Shown here: positions 8,364 to 8,865 of the stretch, one piece after another
Layout: every line of letters begins with the position of its first letter
How positions within the stretch are numbered: position 1 is the stretch's first letter
DNA from: Tubiluchus corallicola
Taxonomy: Eukaryota > Animalia > Priapulida
Direction: 5' to 3'
NCBI GenBank assembly: GCA_030141605.1
Contig: JAQGDQ010002207.1
Span: 1 to 8,865, forward strand
DNA length: 8,865 bases
The notes under the pieces: model-generated
Seen by the model: only the letters and a program-made list of their open reading frames with translations
What the model was told of the DNA's origin: nothing
Database searches by the model: none
Translations under genes and position numbers: made by a program

Positions 8364-8533
8364 TATGTTTGTCAGATAAGCATGCACTGACATGACCACA
8401 TAAAAAAGTAGATCTAAACACCCCCCCCCCCCGATAAAAAAGAAAGGCCACACAAAAATTCCAAAATGTTTTTGAAGGGTAAAATTTAATTATTTTATGT
8501 TTTTCAGATATACTGACATGACCATATAATAAA
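8364..8533. repeat. Imperfect ~40-bp direct repeat inside the Harbinger element
   Basis: TATGTTTGTCAGATA...ACTGACATGACCACATAAAAAA (8364-8407) versus TATGTTTTTCAGATA.ACTGACATGACCATATAATAAA (8496-8533). Confidence 0.75.
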
Positions 8534-8824
8534 AACAAAAACCGAAAAACGAAAGTGAAAAATTTGAAAAGGTTTAGGTCACAATGTCCCGTTCTAACTC
8601 TGATCGTGAAATGAATAGTCCTCAGGACCATGAGCAGTCAAAAAACGCTCTGATATCCAGTCTGCCCTCGGACTCACGTCTCGAAAAAGTGAACATGTTC
8701 ACTTCTAGCTTCACGCGTGAGTCGTGAAGCTTGAAGTGTGAGGCGTGAGCGGAGGTCTATGGCGCACCGCAAATAAGATTACGTTTGTTCATTTTTCCAC
8801 TCACGCGTTTAGACGTGAAGCATG

Positions 8825-8865
8825 AGCGTGAGGCATGAAGCGTGAGTTTCTATGGCCTAGCAGCC
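8825..8865 (-). repeat. Right terminal inverted repeat
   Basis: Reverse complement GGCTGCTAGGCCATAGAAACTCACGCTTCATGCCTCACGCT. Confidence 0.92.

Larger units (their letters stand above)
7906..8865 (+). mobile_element. PIF/Harbinger-superfamily DNA transposon, internally deleted non-autonomous copy (960 bp)
   Basis: 41-bp TIRs beginning GGCTG at 7906 and ending CAGCC at 8865, preceded by TAA (7903-7905; Harbinger TSD is TWA). It contains a Harbinger transposase N-terminus. The right TSD falls outside the window. Confidence 0.88.

Noticed and set aside
8242-8696. Minus-strand ORFs as the Harbinger Myb/SANT partner gene
   Set aside because: No Trp-spaced Myb/MADF pattern; the second gene appears deleted.

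Overview
Eukaryotic (probably invertebrate; host is inference) repeat-rich DNA. Bases ~1-5428 are a near full-length, + strand non-LTR retrotransposon (LINE). Its ORF1 (676-1989, two frameshifts) encodes a PHD finger, a long coiled coil and three tandem C-x8-C-x5-C-x3-H (CCCH) zinc fingers. Its ORF2 (~1941-5379, two frameshifts) encodes an APE endonuclease, a reverse transcriptase (FIDD) and a C-terminal CCHC finger. ORF2 has no AUG before the endonuclease catalytic residues. It overlaps ORF1 in the -1 frame and opens exactly at an in-frame U_UUU_UUA heptamer (AAU UUU UUA G, the HIV-1 gag-pol context), suggesting retrovirus-style -1 programmed frameshifting in a LINE. A compact three-way-junction RNA spans the ORF2 stop and is followed by a short (ATCGCA)2 putative tail. 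Bases 5430-7905 are AT-rich with no supported coding feature. Bases 7906-8865 are a 960-bp internally deleted PIF/Harbinger DNA transposon with 41-bp TIRs, heptamer subterminal arrays and the N-terminal exon of its transposase.
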